Positions 36,033 to 36,176 of a stretch of 36,176 nucleotides of DNA are shown here, piece by piece. The notes under the pieces are model-generated. The model was not told the DNA's origin. It saw only the letters and a program-made list of their open reading frames with translations, and did not search any database. The position numbers and the translations under genes were made by a program. The stretch's first letter is position 1, and every line of letters begins with the position of its first letter. The stretch comes from Octopus bimaculoides (lineage: Eukaryota), in assembly GCF_001194135.2 (NCBI RefSeq), contig NC_069009.1, positions 2,202,272-2,238,447 on the forward strand, given 5' to 3'.

Positions 36033-36104
36033 AGATTTGTTAAACTGGAAAGATTCCGGTAGGTTTCCGCCTTGATTTCTTTGATTTCATTACCGCGCAA
36101 ATCC
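36033..36104 (-). CDS. LRR exon L24 (class A): DLRGNEIKEIKAETYRNLSSLTN(L)
   Basis: AG at 36105-36106, GTAAGT at 36027-36032, 72 nt. Confidence 0.92.
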
Positions 36105-36176
36105 CTGGAACATAACATTGAGTTAATAAGATTTATGGAAGAAATTTGTGACTAAACAAATGGATGATGGAAGATG

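Larger units (their letters stand above)
1758..36104 (-). other. Internal portion of a multi-exon LRR gene or cassette locus: 24 intact 72-nt LRR exons plus 2 dead copies; no 5' or 3' end in the window
   Basis: All 24 exons were checked by hand for AG|72 nt|GTAAG(T/C), phase 2-2 and an open frame. Consensus is xLxxNxIxxIxxxxFxxLxxLxxL, with L2 and N5 invariant. Concatenation is stop-free (576 aa). The gene family is not identifiable without flanking domains. Confidence 0.93.

Noticed and set aside
1758-36104. Naming the gene (VLR, Toll, Slit, chaoptin, LGR/GRL101) or calling the array CRISPR-like or RSS-flanked
   Set aside because: No diagnostic domain in the window; spacing is irregular and units are spliceosomal exons; no heptamer/nonamer or terminal repeats flank the cassettes; VLR is used only as an analogy

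Overview
AT-rich, microsatellite-dense eukaryotic genomic DNA with six N-gaps. It is most likely an octopus or other coleoid cephalopod, inferred from recognisable tRNA-derived SINE and MITE families. Almost every ORF in the supplied track is a low-complexity artefact. The real coding content is on the minus strand: 24 intact exons of exactly 72 nt, each bounded by AG and GTAAGT/GTAAGC, each phase 2-2, each encoding one 24-aa 'typical' (extracellular-type) leucine-rich repeat. Two dead copies are also present. Exons are labelled L1-L24 by increasing coordinate, and transcription runs L24 to L1. Read in series they give an open 576-aa uninterrupted LRR solenoid. No start codon, signal peptide, Cys cap, transmembrane or signalling domain is visible, so the gene extends beyond both window ends and its identity is unknown. 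The exons fall into about five paralog classes (A-E) arranged in multi-kb higher-order duplications. Between close paralogs the central framework codons are identical, while substitutions are almost all non-synonymous and concentrate in the xxLxLxx concave-face positions. One pair shows a sharp divergence step at the exon. This is the pattern expected of a rapidly diversifying, modular recognition locus built by exon duplication, shuffling or alternative splicing, although the mechanism and function cannot be shown from sequence alone. Introns carry decayed transposons (Chapaev-like, two R4/Dong-like LINEs, Penelope-like RT, mariner), SINEs with target-site duplications, MITEs, a 249-bp fold-back element and strand-biased (GAA)n/(GAT)n tracts.
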